This document shows, in pieces, positions 55,647-64,000 of a stretch of 64,000 bases of DNA; positions within the stretch are counted from its first letter, which is position 1; each line of letters opens with the position of its first letter. Below the pieces are notes generated by a model. The model was given only the letters and a program-made list of their open reading frames with translations. It did no database searches and was not told the origin of the DNA. The DNA comes from Patescibacteria group bacterium (lineage in GTDB: Bacteria > Patescibacteriota > Microgenomatia > UBA12405), in the NCBI GenBank assembly GCA_050943115.1, contig JBMNON010000005.1, positions 369 to 64,368 of the forward strand. Direction: 5' to 3'. A program made the position numbers and the translations under genes.

Positions 55647-56993
55647 CTAAATTTTGGCTTTAATTTGGTTGATAAGTGTACGGGTTTGTGGGTTTGTGGA
55701 AAAGGCAGTGTGGATTTTGTCCCGAGCGTGCATAATACTGGTGTGGTCGCGACCGCCTAAAAGCCGTCCAACTTCGTCCAGGGGAAGGTTGATTTCTGTT
55801 AAAAGCAGGTAGGCGGTAATATGGCGAGCGCTGACAAGTTCTTTTTTCCGACTTTTGCCACACAAATCCCCTGTTTTTATATTAAAATGCTTGGCACAGA
55901 CAGATATTATATGGCGCGGGTTTATATTGAGGGTGTTATATGCAGAAGCTGGCGAAGAAGAAGGATTGAGGTAATTTTGGACAAAGTCGAGACTGACTTC
56001 ATTAATTTTTTGGGCTTGAGACTGAATGGCCACTTCCTGTAATTTACCTTCAATATCACGGATATTGGATTCCAAATTTTCGGCAAGAAAAGAGATGGCT
56101 TCCGGAGTAATGTCAATGCCCTTGTCTTGAGATTTTTCTTTAATAATGGCAATTCTCATTTCAAAATCAGGAATTTGAATGTCGACAGTCAAACCACCCA
56201 TAAAACGGGAGACGAGCCGGTCTTCAAGATCTTTAATTTCACTGGGTTTACGGTCAGAAGTGAGAATAATTTGTTTGCCGGCCATATGGAGGGCATTGAA
56301 GGTGTGAAAAAACTCTTCCTGAATATATTCTTTACCGGCAATAAACTGAATATCGTCAACCAAAATACAATCCAAGTTTCGATATTTATCTTTAAATTGA
56401 TTAATATTTTTGGAACGGAGGGCGGAAATAAGTTCATTGCCAAAAGTTTCAGCCGGAAAGTAATGAATTTTTAACGAAGGGTTGTTTTTGAGAAGCTCAT
56501 GGCCAACAGCTTGCATAAGGTGGGTCTTGCCTACCCCTACCCCACCCCAGATAAAAAGCGGATTATAGGTGGCACCGGGGTTTTTGACGATTCCCTGGGC
56601 AGCAGCAAAAGCAAAATTATTACTATTACCAACCACCAGATTGTCGAAAGTGTATTTGGGGTGAAGATTAGTGGAAGCCGTGACGGAAGGTTTGGTGGAG
56701 GTGTAGGTAAATAAAGGAGCAGATGATGAAGTATTGTCAGGCTTTATTGGTTCCTGAACAATAAAGACAATGGCGTTGTCGGTTTTGGTCTGATTGTCAA
56801 GAGCACTTTTAAAAAGATCGTAGTAACGTTTTTTATTGATATCGACCAAGTAGGTGTTAGAACAAGAAACCGTGGCGGTACTGTCTTTATAGGCAACAAG
56901 CTGTGTGTTGGCAACAAAGGTTTGAAAGACGGCTGGCGCCAATACCACTTTGAGTTCTTCCTGTGTATTTTTCCAAACTCGATCAATATCCAT
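55647..56993 (-). CDS. dnaA: chromosomal replication initiator protein
   Basis: AAA+ 'GGVGVGKTHLMQAVGHEL', 'ILVDDIQF', C-terminal DnaA-box-binding domain; start placed at internal Met (MDIDRVWKNTQEELK); track ORF extends to 57101. Confidence 0.9.
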   Translation of the reverse strand: MDIDRVWKNTQEELKVVLAPAVFQTFVANTQLVAYKDSTATVSCSNTYLVDINKKRYYDLFKSALDNQTKTDNAIVFIVQEPIKPDNTSSSAPLFTYTSTKPSVTASTNLHPKYTFDNLVVGNSNNFAFAAAQGIVKNPGATYNPLFIWGGVGVGKTHLMQAVGHELLKNNPSLKIHYFPAETFGNELISALRSKNINQFKDKYRNLDCILVDDIQFIAGKEYIQEEFFHTFNALHMAGKQIILTSDRKPSEIKDLEDRLVSRFMGGLTVDIQIPDFEMRIAIIKEKSQDKGIDITPEAISFLAENLESNIRDIEGKLQEVAIQSQAQKINEVSLDFVQNYLNPSSSPASAYNTLNINPRHIISVCAKHFNIKTGDLCGKSRKKELVSARHITAYLLLTEINLPLDEVGRLLGGRDHTSIMHARDKIHTAFSTNPQTRTLINQIKAKI

Positions 56994-57054
56994 AATTATA
57001 TTTATTCTATGAGATAGGCAGGAATTATCGACTAACAGGCAGAAAAGTTTAACG

Positions 57055-57086
57055 TTTTCCACATAATAATAGCTAAGTTTTCCACA
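57055..57086 (+). promoter_or_regulatory. two DnaA-box-like sites (TTTTCCACA) upstream of dnaA
   Basis: 57055-57063 and 57078-57086, each 1 mismatch from TTATCCACA. Confidence 0.4.
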
Positions 57087-57165
57087 AAAGAAAAGATGCA
57101 AAAAAGAAGGTCCGGGGTTAAAATTACAAATATAGAGTAAAGATAGGTGTGTTAAAATAATCGCT

Positions 57166-57312
57166 ATGGTAAAAAGAACTTATCAACCCAAAAAAGGCAA
57201 AAGAGTCAGAGTCCATGGATTTTTAGCCCGTATGGCGACACAAGTAGGCCGGAGAGTATTAAAAAGAAGAAGACTTAAAGGTAGAAAGCAATTAACAGTA
57301 AAAGCCAAATAA
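57166..57312 (+). CDS. rpmH: 50S ribosomal protein L34
   Basis: [48 protein letters not shown] (48 aa); below ORF-track size cutoff. Confidence 0.9.
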   Translation: MVKRTYQPKKGKRVRVHGFLARMATQVGRRVLKRRRLKGRKQLTVKAK

Positions 57313-57315
57313 AGG

Positions 57316-57654
57316 GTGTTAAAAAAAATAAACCGTTTTGAGAAAAAAAGAGACTTTGAGGAAGTCATGGATAAAGGGATTTTGATCCAATCCCCTTTTT
57401 TTGGATTAAAAATCATTAAAAACGGTGATGAGAAAAAGTTTGGGTTTGTGATTTCGAAGAAGATATCGAAGAAAGCGGTTGTGAGAAACAAGATAAAAAG
57501 ATTGTTGGCTGAAGTTGTAAGAAAAATCCTAATCGATAGCGAGTGGAAAGGAAAAGCAATATTTTTAGTCAAAAAAAGAGCATTAGAAGCAGATACTAAT
57601 GACTTAGAAAAAGAAATTCGTAGAGTATTGAATGATGAGAAAAGTTATTCTTAA
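57316..57654 (+). CDS. rnpA: ribonuclease P protein component
   Basis: Position after rpmH; 'LKKINRFEKKRDFEEV...GFVISKKISKKAVVRNKIKRLLAEVVR' RnpA motif. Confidence 0.8.
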   Translation: MLKKINRFEKKRDFEEVMDKGILIQSPFFGLKIIKNGDEKKFGFVISKKISKKAVVRNKIKRLLAEVVRKILIDSEWKGKAIFLVKKRALEADTNDLEKEIRRVLNDEKSYS

Positions 57655-57838
57655 ATTAATTGCCGGTTATAAAAAGCATATAAGCAGAGGAAAGCACTGC
57701 CGATTTGTGCCAAGCTGTAGCGAGTATGCATATGAGGCGGTAAAAAAATACGGAGCCGTTAAAGGATTGTATTTATCAGTTAAGAGAGTATTGAGATGCA
57801 ACCCTTTCAATAAGGGCGGTGTTGATTTGTTAGAATAA
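57632..57838 (+). CDS. yidD: membrane protein insertion efficiency factor
   Basis: 'YKKHISRGKHCRFVPSCSEYAYEAVKKYGAVKG' canonical YidD. Confidence 0.8.
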   Translation: MMRKVILKLIAGYKKHISRGKHCRFVPSCSEYAYEAVKKYGAVKGLYLSVKRVLRCNPFNKGGVDLLE

Positions 57839-57909
57839 GAAATTCGGAGATGAATTTGGTTTGGTTCTGAATTCACTTCGTTAATTTATTATAATCTTGT
57901 AACAGAATT

Positions 57910-58686
57910 ATGAATATTTTTATATCTCCGTTTGTAAATGCATTGTTCGGGATTTATTATTTGATTGGTAATTTGGGATGGGCCGTAGTTATTATTACGA
58001 TACTAATCAGGCTATTACTGCTACCTTTGGTGTTGCCAAGCTTAAAATCGGCCAAGAAAATGAGGGATTTGCAGCCGAGGCTTAAAAAGCTACAAGAAAA
58101 GTACAAAAACGATAAGCAGAAGTTGGCTCAGGCTCAAATGGAGTTATATAGGCAAGAAGGTATCAATCCCCTATCCGGGTGTCTGCCACAGCTACTGCAA
58201 ATTGCTGTTTTACTGTTGTTCTTTTCGGCATTTAACGTGGTAACCGGTTTAGCTGAGGGTAGGGTTGGTGTAGAAGATGTGAACCGACATTTAATCAGCA
58301 ATTTTCAAATAACGGAAGGTTTTGCGTTTAACAAAACATTTTTCGGAGCTGATATTACTCAAACCCCATCAAGAATATTCAACGGAGGATTGGATTTAAA
58401 TATTATTTTGCCATTGATATTATTATTGGGTTCGGGAGTAATGCAGTACTTGGTGTCAAAACTGATGACACCAAACCCAAAAGCAAGCGAACAATTGGTA
58501 GACAAGACTGAGGACAAGGAAGATGACATGATGGCGGCAATGAGGACACAAACGACTTATTTTATGCCGATAATGACAGTGATTATCGGATGGAACTTTT
58601 CTTTGGGTGTTTTAATATATTGGTTTATGAATTCCCTGGTAATGTTGGTCCAGCAGGTAGTTACCGATAAATTTGCAAAAGTTTAG
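57910..58686 (+). CDS. yidC: membrane protein insertase YidC/Oxa1 (short form)
   Basis: 'VVIITILIRLLLLPL', 'MRDLQPRLKKLQEKYKND', 'GCLPQLLQIAV' conserved YidC core. Confidence 0.8.
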   Translation: MNIFISPFVNALFGIYYLIGNLGWAVVIITILIRLLLLPLVLPSLKSAKKMRDLQPRLKKLQEKYKNDKQKLAQAQMELYRQEGINPLSGCLPQLLQIAVLLLFFSAFNVVTGLAEGRVGVEDVNRHLISNFQITEGFAFNKTFFGADITQTPSRIFNGGLDLNIILPLILLLGSGVMQYLVSKLMTPNPKASEQLVDKTEDKEDDMMAAMRTQTTYFMPIMTVIIGWNFSLGVLIYWFMNSLVMLVQQVVTDKFAKV

Positions 58687-58710
58687 GGAAAACGTGCTAG
58701 AATAGCGACT

Positions 58711-59199
58711 ATGGGAAGCAATAAAGAAAGAAATGAAATAATTCTCCAACTAACCTGTGAACTGTTGGAAAAGATGAATTTTGAATTGGAAAATGCTTTT
58801 GTTGAAGATGTACTGGATAGTGAAGAAGAAGGAGAACAGGTGTTGGTAGGGGTGAAAGTAAGTAATCCAGCAAGTTTGATTGGGTACCGGGGAAGAAATT
58901 TGGCAGCAGTACAGTTAATCCTGTCGCTAATGGTAAAAAATAAGTTGGAAAAGTGGATAAGGGTACTTTTGGATGTCAACAATTACCGAGAGGAACAAAA
59001 AGAAAGGCTAGAAAGCATGACTAAGAACTTGGCTGAAAAGGTATTGCAAACAGGCAAAGCGGTGGCTTTAGCAAATATGAGTTCTTATGAGAGAAGAATA
59101 TGTCATATGGTGGTAGCAACAATAGAAGGGGTAGTGAGCGAGTCGGAAGGTGAGGGTGAGGAGAGGCATATTGTGATCAAACCTGAGAATAAAGAATGA
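58711..59199 (+). CDS. jag: Jag/KhpB-like KH+R3H RNA-binding protein
   Basis: 'LIGYRGRNLAAVQLILSLMV' KH, 'SYERRICHMVV' R3H; conserved position after yidC. Confidence 0.7.
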   Translation: MGSNKERNEIILQLTCELLEKMNFELENAFVEDVLDSEEEGEQVLVGVKVSNPASLIGYRGRNLAAVQLILSLMVKNKLEKWIRVLLDVNNYREEQKERLESMTKNLAEKVLQTGKAVALANMSSYERRICHMVVATIEGVVSESEGEGEERHIVIKPENKE

Positions 59200-59211
59200 T
59201 AATATAGGGCA

Positions 59212-60393
59212 GTGGAAAATGCCCTACTTTTTTTATTGATTGTTTTTTTGCCAAGTCAATTGGGCAGACATTTTTGGCCAGAGTGGAGTTTTGTATCCGG
59301 TTTAAGAGTGGACTATTTGTCCCCTACTTTTTATATAACAGATGGATTTTTTTTAACTTTATGGTTAGTGGTGGTTGTCAGGGAGAAAAGATGGAATGTC
59401 CGGAAATGGTGGTGGTGGCTGGTTTTGATAGTTGTGGGGTTGGTGGTAGCAGAAAACACATGGCAGGTGGTTTATGGGGCTTTGAGAATATGGCAAGTGA
59501 TGTGGCTGAGCAGGTATGTTGGCGCAAAAAAACAAATGGTGAGAAGGTTTTTAGTTGTAGCAATTCCCTGGTGGATAGGACTAGAGAGTGTGCTGGGGGT
59601 GGCTCAAATAATCAAGGGAGGAAGTTTACAAGGAGTGTTTTACTGGTTGGGAGAAAGAAGGTTTGACTATAATAGCATAGGAACGGCATTGGTGTCGGTA
59701 AGCGGAAACAGTATGATTAGGGCTTACGGAACTTTTTCGCACCCAAATAGCCTGGCGGGTTTTTTGCTTGTAAGTTTAATGTTGTGGTTTAATTTCAGAA
59801 AAATGGTTGGGCAAATATGGTGGTGGGTGGTGACATGGTTGGGAATAATCGGTTTAATAATTACAGCAAGCCGAACAATATGGTTTTTGTTGGCATTATT
59901 GCTAGGAGTGTGGATTTTCGGGGTAATAAAAGATAAAAAGGTCAGAGTGTCGGTGGGGGTGATAAGTATGATTTTGGTTTTCCTGGCAATTGTGGTATTC
60001 AATGAAAATTACCACCAGAGTCGATGGTTTGGAGGTTGGGATAGGAATAGTTTAGACAAAAGAATGGGACTTAATGCGGCGGCGTTTAGGATGTTGAAGG
60101 ATAGGCCGATTACCGGAGTGGGTTTGGGAAATTTTATTGTCAGACTTCCGGAATACCAGACCAGAATTTATTTACAACCAGTCCATAATATTGGTTTGTG
60201 GTGGTTGAGCCAAACAGGATTGATAGGCGGAATCTTGGGAATGTGTGGTTTGGGAAAACTTTTAAAAATAAAATTGAAGAGAGAATGGTTGGTAATACTT
60301 GGTGTCATAGGATTGAGCGGGATGGTAGACCATTACTGGTTTACCCTACCCCAAAACTATTGGTTGTTGGGATTAGTATTAGGTTTAATTTAA
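59212..60393 (+). CDS. O-antigen ligase-like (Wzy_C) membrane protein
   Basis: Multi-TM; 'ITASRTIWFLLALLLGV' and 'GVGLGNF' resemble Wzy_C/WaaL motifs. Confidence 0.45.
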   Translation: MENALLFLLIVFLPSQLGRHFWPEWSFVSGLRVDYLSPTFYITDGFFLTLWLVVVVREKRWNVRKWWWWLVLIVVGLVVAENTWQVVYGALRIWQVMWLSRYVGAKKQMVRRFLVVAIPWWIGLESVLGVAQIIKGGSLQGVFYWLGERRFDYNSIGTALVSVSGNSMIRAYGTFSHPNSLAGFLLVSLMLWFNFRKMVGQIWWWVVTWLGIIGLIITASRTIWFLLALLLGVWIFGVIKDKKVRVSVGVISMILVFLAIVVFNENYHQSRWFGGWDRNSLDKRMGLNAAAFRMLKDRPITGVGLGNFIVRLPEYQTRIYLQPVHNIGLWWLSQTGLIGGILGMCGLGKLLKIKLKREWLVILGVIGLSGMVDHYWFTLPQNYWLLGLVLGLI

Positions 60394-60401
60394 AATAGGT
60401 A

Positions 60402-61613
60402 ATGTTTAGACGACCGATTATAAATACGCTCATACAGGTGGGCGGTAAAATAGTTGCGGTTTTGATAGGCCTGATGATTACGGGTTTACTGACTAGAAAT
60501 TTGGGGACTGAAAAATATGGGAGCTATGTTTTAATCAGTTCCCTGTTTGTATTCTTGGATTCTTTGGCTGATTTTGGGACGAAGATAATTGGGGTTAGGG
60601 AGGCTGCGGGTAAAGACAACGAAAAAAAAGAGATTTTGTGGGTTCAAGTTGGGTGGTTGAGAATATTTTTGAGCAGTGCAGCCTTTTTGACAGGACTATT
60701 AGTAGCCAATTTATGGAAAGGTTTTGAGGGAATTAGACAAGAAGCTTTTTTGGGTTTAGTATTGATATTTTTTACCTCCATTGCAGGTAGTGCAGAAATC
60801 ATATGGCAGACAAAAATGAAAATGGAATTTAAGGTGGCAGTTGACAGTTTGTTTTCACTATTGTTTTTAGGGCTTTTGTGGATAAACAGAACAGATCTGA
60901 ATCTGGGAGGAGTATTTGTTTATTTGTTAATTGCTCGGGTGGTCAGCCTGATAATGGGATTGGGCTTAATTTGGGTAAAAGGAACATTAAAAAAGATTGG
61001 GTTCTGGGATAGAAAAGTTATGGGAAAATTGTTAAAAGAAACATGGCCGATGGGTTTGTACCTTCTAGTATTTGCTTCTTACGATAGGGCAGTTGATTCG
61101 CTTCTTATCGAAAGGTATGTAGGTATAAAAGAGGTGGGTTGGTATGGATTAGCTTACAAGATATACGCTACCCTACTCCAACCAGTATATTTTTACGTTA
61201 GTAGTATTTTTCCTTTAATGTCATCAAAGCTAGTAGACAAAGATAAGTTGATGAGATATTCAGGGTGGATCATTACCGGTGTTTTGTTGGTAGGATTACC
61301 GGTAACTTATGTTTTAGCGCCATGGATGATTGAAATTTTGGGCGGAAGTGAATTTGAACCATCGGTGCAAATCATACGAATTTTACTAGTGGCAATTATG
61401 TTTTCATATTTAAACCATCTTTGGGGGTTTAATTTGATTGCCAAAAGAGGACAGGAAGATTTATTGAAAGTGGGATTGACGGCTTTGATTGTCAATATCG
61501 GGCTTAACATATTGATAATACCAAGATATGGAATTATAGGTGCAGCCGGGGTGACGGCAGTGACCGAGGCCAGTTCCTTTTTGATGATAAAAGCTAGTCT
61601 GAGAAGCAAGTAA
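60402..61613 (+). CDS. polysaccharide flippase (Wzx/MOP superfamily)
   Basis: 403 aa, ~12 TM; N-terminal 'NTLIQVGGKIVAVLIGLMITGLLTRNLGTEKYGSYVLISS' typical Wzx. Confidence 0.55.
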   Translation: MFRRPIINTLIQVGGKIVAVLIGLMITGLLTRNLGTEKYGSYVLISSLFVFLDSLADFGTKIIGVREAAGKDNEKKEILWVQVGWLRIFLSSAAFLTGLLVANLWKGFEGIRQEAFLGLVLIFFTSIAGSAEIIWQTKMKMEFKVAVDSLFSLLFLGLLWINRTDLNLGGVFVYLLIARVVSLIMGLGLIWVKGTLKKIGFWDRKVMGKLLKETWPMGLYLLVFASYDRAVDSLLIERYVGIKEVGWYGLAYKIYATLLQPVYFYVSSIFPLMSSKLVDKDKLMRYSGWIITGVLLVGLPVTYVLAPWMIEILGGSEFEPSVQIIRILLVAIMFSYLNHLWGFNLIAKRGQEDLLKVGLTALIVNIGLNILIIPRYGIIGAAGVTAVTEASSFLMIKASLRSK

Positions 61614-61892
61614 AAAGAAAATTGATATATTTCCCTATTTGATGTTCTGACATTATTTCTCTTCTGTTTTGGTACTATCATGGAGAGTCCGAACAAAATA
61701 ATTGCTTTGAATTTTTATAAGAACAGAATTAATTTATTGCTAAAAACGATTAGTAAACACAAACCCATGTCATTACAATTTTTCACGTAATCAAGCAAGC
61801 GTTAGAACATTTTTAAGAAGAGAGACCTTTAATATTACCGCATAATCCCCGTATTATTACCGTAGTAGTTTGAGAAGCTATTTTAGATTAAA

Positions 61893-64000
61893 ATGTTTAA
61901 TATGAACAAAGCTTTACCGACGGCAATTATTGTCGGAATTGAGCATTTTGTAGCCAAAAAATTAGCGGAGATTTTATTGTCAAAAGACATTAACGTAATC
62001 GGAGTAGGAGAATATGCCGTAGGTTTTGAAGAAGAAAAAAACTATGATTACAGGGTTGGCCTGGATGAAGTTAGTGAAAAAATAAGTTATGTATTCGATT
62101 TTGGAGGAAAAGAGGAAACTTGGAATTTGGCGTTAAGAAATGGAGCAAAATTAACCGTAGTTTCAGTAAATAAGAAAAATATCAGAAGAGTTGAAATTGA
62201 AAAATTAAAGGCGAGAGAAGAGGGTTGGAGGTTGGTTGAAGCCTTCGGAGTTTACGGGCCGGAAATGGAAGAAGATGGATTTTTGGCAGCAGCAATAAGA
62301 CAAGCTGTAAGAAATGAAAATTTAGAATTGCCACAAGTAGGAGAGGTGTTTAGGTTGTTGAGCCGGGAAGATTGTGTGGAAGCAATACTGAGGGCAAGTT
62401 TTCTTTCAGGAACCGAAGGGGAAATTTTTAAGGTGGGAGGGGTGGAGACAAATTCAGCAGAAGTAGCAGAAGTGTTGATAGATGAAGCGAAAATGACGAA
62501 AGTGAAAGTGTTGGTGGGTGAGATAAAGCCGGAAGAGGAGGATGAAAGAGAAGTGGCAGAAACAAGAAGAAGATTAAGGTGGGAACCGGAAATGAAATTC
62601 AAGGAGGGGGTAAAGGAAACTTTGCAGTATTTTTTTTCAAAACTTGATGATGAAAACAGAAGGGGTAAGAGGCAGAGGGTTGAGATTGTAAGGGAAGAGG
62701 TATTAGAGAGTGTCGAGAAGGCAGAAAAAGAGAATGAAAGAAAACTTGTTGAGGTGGTAGTTGAAGAGATGGCTGAAGGTAAGGACGAGGTAGAAGAAAA
62801 AGTGGAAATAGCAGAGAAGAAAGCGGAGATTCAAGATGAAGAGAAAGATAGAGAAAAAAAAGTAGAGAGTTTGGTGGAGAAGGCTGATGACAGTAAGATA
62901 ATGAGAGTAAAAAACTCTAATATTAGACCAGTGGCTAGTGATGAGGTGATTGAGGAAGAGGAGACTATAGAAGGAGTAGAGGAGAAAGTGTATCACAAGG
63001 AAGAGAAACCATCAGAAAAAGAAGAAGGTAATAATTTAGAGGAAATTCCAATAATTAAGAAAAGAAAAAGGAAGGTGTTGTGGAAAATTTGGTTGTTGCT
63101 GGCATTAATGATGGTTTTGAGCATGCCCGTTTATGGTGTGGGATTAGGAATGGTGACTTATAAGAATATCGAAAAAAGCATTGAAATGATGGAAAAAAGA
63201 GATATGTCGGGGGCAGAGGAACTAATTGAGGCAGACTATAAAAGAGTTGACAGGGTAGATAAAAAAATTGACGAGATGGGTTTAAATCGTATAGGGATAG
63301 TCAGGAACTACCAAAGACTATTAAAGGTAGTAAAAGAAGGATTATCGACAGGGCTTGAAGGTGTGGAGTTGCTGACAATCAGCAATAATATAGGTGAAGG
63401 AGTCTTTGAAGGGAAAAATTTAGATTGGGAAAAAGAACTTAAAAGGCTTGTTGCAAGTATCGATGAGGTAGGAGCAAAGTCCGGAGTATTGCAGGCAAGG
63501 CTAGGCGGAGATTGGAGCTGGGTACCAGCAAGGTGGAGGGTGTTACCACAAAAAGCAGGACGGCAAATTGACGGGTTAAGAAAAGATTTGGAATTAAGTA
63601 AGGGACTAATCGGGATAGCACCGGAAATATTGGGATTAGACGGAACAAGAAGGGATTATTTGGTTTTGCTACAAAACGAGACCGAGATAAGGCCAGGAGG
63701 CGGGTTTATAGGATCGTTTGCGATCTTGAGTTTTGAAAAAGGGAAACTTTTAGGGTTTGAGGTGAAGGATGTGTATGAAGCTGACGGCCAACTTAAAGGA
63801 CATGTAGAGCCTCCGGAAGAAATAAAAAACCATTTAGGTATAGCAGGATGGTTTATGAGAGATGCAAATTGGAATCCTAATTTTATGGTATCATCGGCAC
63901 AAGTTCAATGGTTTTTGGAGAAAGAGATTGGGAAAAAAGTGGATGGAGTAATCGGTATAGATTTGGCGGTAGTTAAAGAAATACTTGCAGTAGTGGGAGA
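61893..64000 (+). CDS. large DUF4012-domain protein (N-terminal Rossmann-like domain, Glu/Lys-rich repeat region, TM, C-terminal DUF4012); 3' end beyond window
   Basis: My own translation of the + strand finds no stop from 61893 to window end; 'LVLLQNETEIRPGGGFIGSFAILSFEKGKLLGF' matches DUF4012 core; absent from the ORF track because it has no stop in the window. Confidence 0.5.
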   Translation, partial: MFNMNKALPTAIIVGIEHFVAKKLAEILLSKDINVIGVGEYAVGFEEEKNYDYRVGLDEVSEKISYVFDFGGKEETWNLALRNGAKLTVVSVNKKNIRRVEIEKLKAREEGWRLVEAFGVYGPEMEEDGFLAAAIRQAVRNENLELPQVGEVFRLLSREDCVEAILRASFLSGTEGEIFKVGGVETNSAEVAEVLIDEAKMTKVKVLVGEIKPEEEDEREVAETRRRLRWEPEMKFKEGVKETLQYFFSKLDDENRRGKRQRVEIVREEVLESVEKAEKENERKLVEVVVEEMAEGKDEVEEKVEIAEKKAEIQDEEKDREKKVESLVEKADDSKIMRVKNSNIRPVASDEVIEEEETIEGVEEKVYHKEEKPSEKEEGNNLEEIPIIKKRKRKVLWKIWLLLALMMVLSMPVYGVGLGMVTYKNIEKSIEMMEKRDMSGAEELIEADYKRVDRVDKKIDEMGLNRIGIVRNYQRLLKVVKEGLSTGLEGVELLTISNNIGEGVFEGKNLDWEKELKRLVASIDEVGAKSGVLQARLGGDWSWVPARWRVLPQKAGRQIDGLRKDLELSKGLIGIAPEILGLDGTRRDYLVLLQNETEIRPGGGFIGSFAILSFEKGKLLGFEVKDVYEADGQLKGHVEPPEEIKNHLGIAGWFMRDANWNPNFMVSSAQVQWFLEKEIGKKVDGVIGIDLAVVKEILAVVG

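Noticed and set aside
62252-62996. Two minus-strand ORFs (116 aa and 97 aa)
   Set aside because: Both lie inside and antisense to the long plus-strand DUF4012 ORF (61893->64000), which the track missed because it has no stop in the window.
1-64000. Search for CRISPR arrays, IS elements/transposases, integrases, rRNA and tRNA genes
   Set aside because: No regularly spaced repeats, no DDE/HUH transposase or tyrosine/serine recombinase motifs, no 16S/23S conserved blocks, and no tRNA T-loop signatures were found on either strand in any intergenic gap.

Overview
This is a gene-dense, low-GC (about 40%) bacterial chromosomal segment that spans the replication origin. On the minus strand it carries dnaA and dnaN with a DnaA-box cluster between them, and on the plus strand rpmH-rnpA-yidD-yidC-jag. 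I called about 75 protein-coding genes, many overlapping by 1-8 nt (ATGA-type stop/start coupling). I found no rRNA, tRNA, CRISPR array, IS element or prophage. Gene content and style suggest an uncultivated small-genome lineage such as the CPR/Patescibacteria; this is inference only. The evidence is short overlapping genes, weak or no Shine-Dalgarno sequences, a T4SS-like VirB4 module, a DUF4012 giant protein, PspC/toastrack pairs and many acidic low-complexity secreted proteins. Recognisable housekeeping genes include serS, rnhB, an IMPDH/GMPR-family enzyme, pepF, trxB, fpg, a RecD-like helicase, a denV-like pyrimidine-dimer glycosylase, TrmH, a Pol I-type 5'-3' exonuclease, an ECF sigma factor, Crp/Fnr and a BlaI/CopY repressor. 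The regions I consider most worth following up are listed below.
- 3834-8462: a back-to-back operon pair encoding a PNK-like P-loop kinase, two NUDIX hydrolases, a CYTH triphosphate-tunnel enzyme, an HD hydrolase, a histidine phosphatase, a GNAT and an HExxH protein. This looks like a nucleic-acid or nucleotide end-processing module.
- 10805-11873: a translationally coupled DUF5320 glycine-rich peptide, DUF3795 Cys-rich protein and flavodoxin operon, with a second DUF3795 paralog at 43938-44204.
- 14609-18174: an orphan cytoplasmic GAF histidine kinase coupled to a P-loop NTPase and two LiaF/toastrack membrane proteins. No response regulator is present anywhere in the window.
- 46347-54187: a minimal T4SS-like module immediately next to oriC, with a PrgI-like protein, a VirB4-N-domain-like protein, a VirB4 ATPase, a 913-aa membrane protein with a possible C-terminal Cys/His hydrolase domain, and two tandem paralogous small secreted proteins.
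- 32313-36534: a GH8, cellulose-synthase-like GT2 and GT39/83-like exopolysaccharide cluster.
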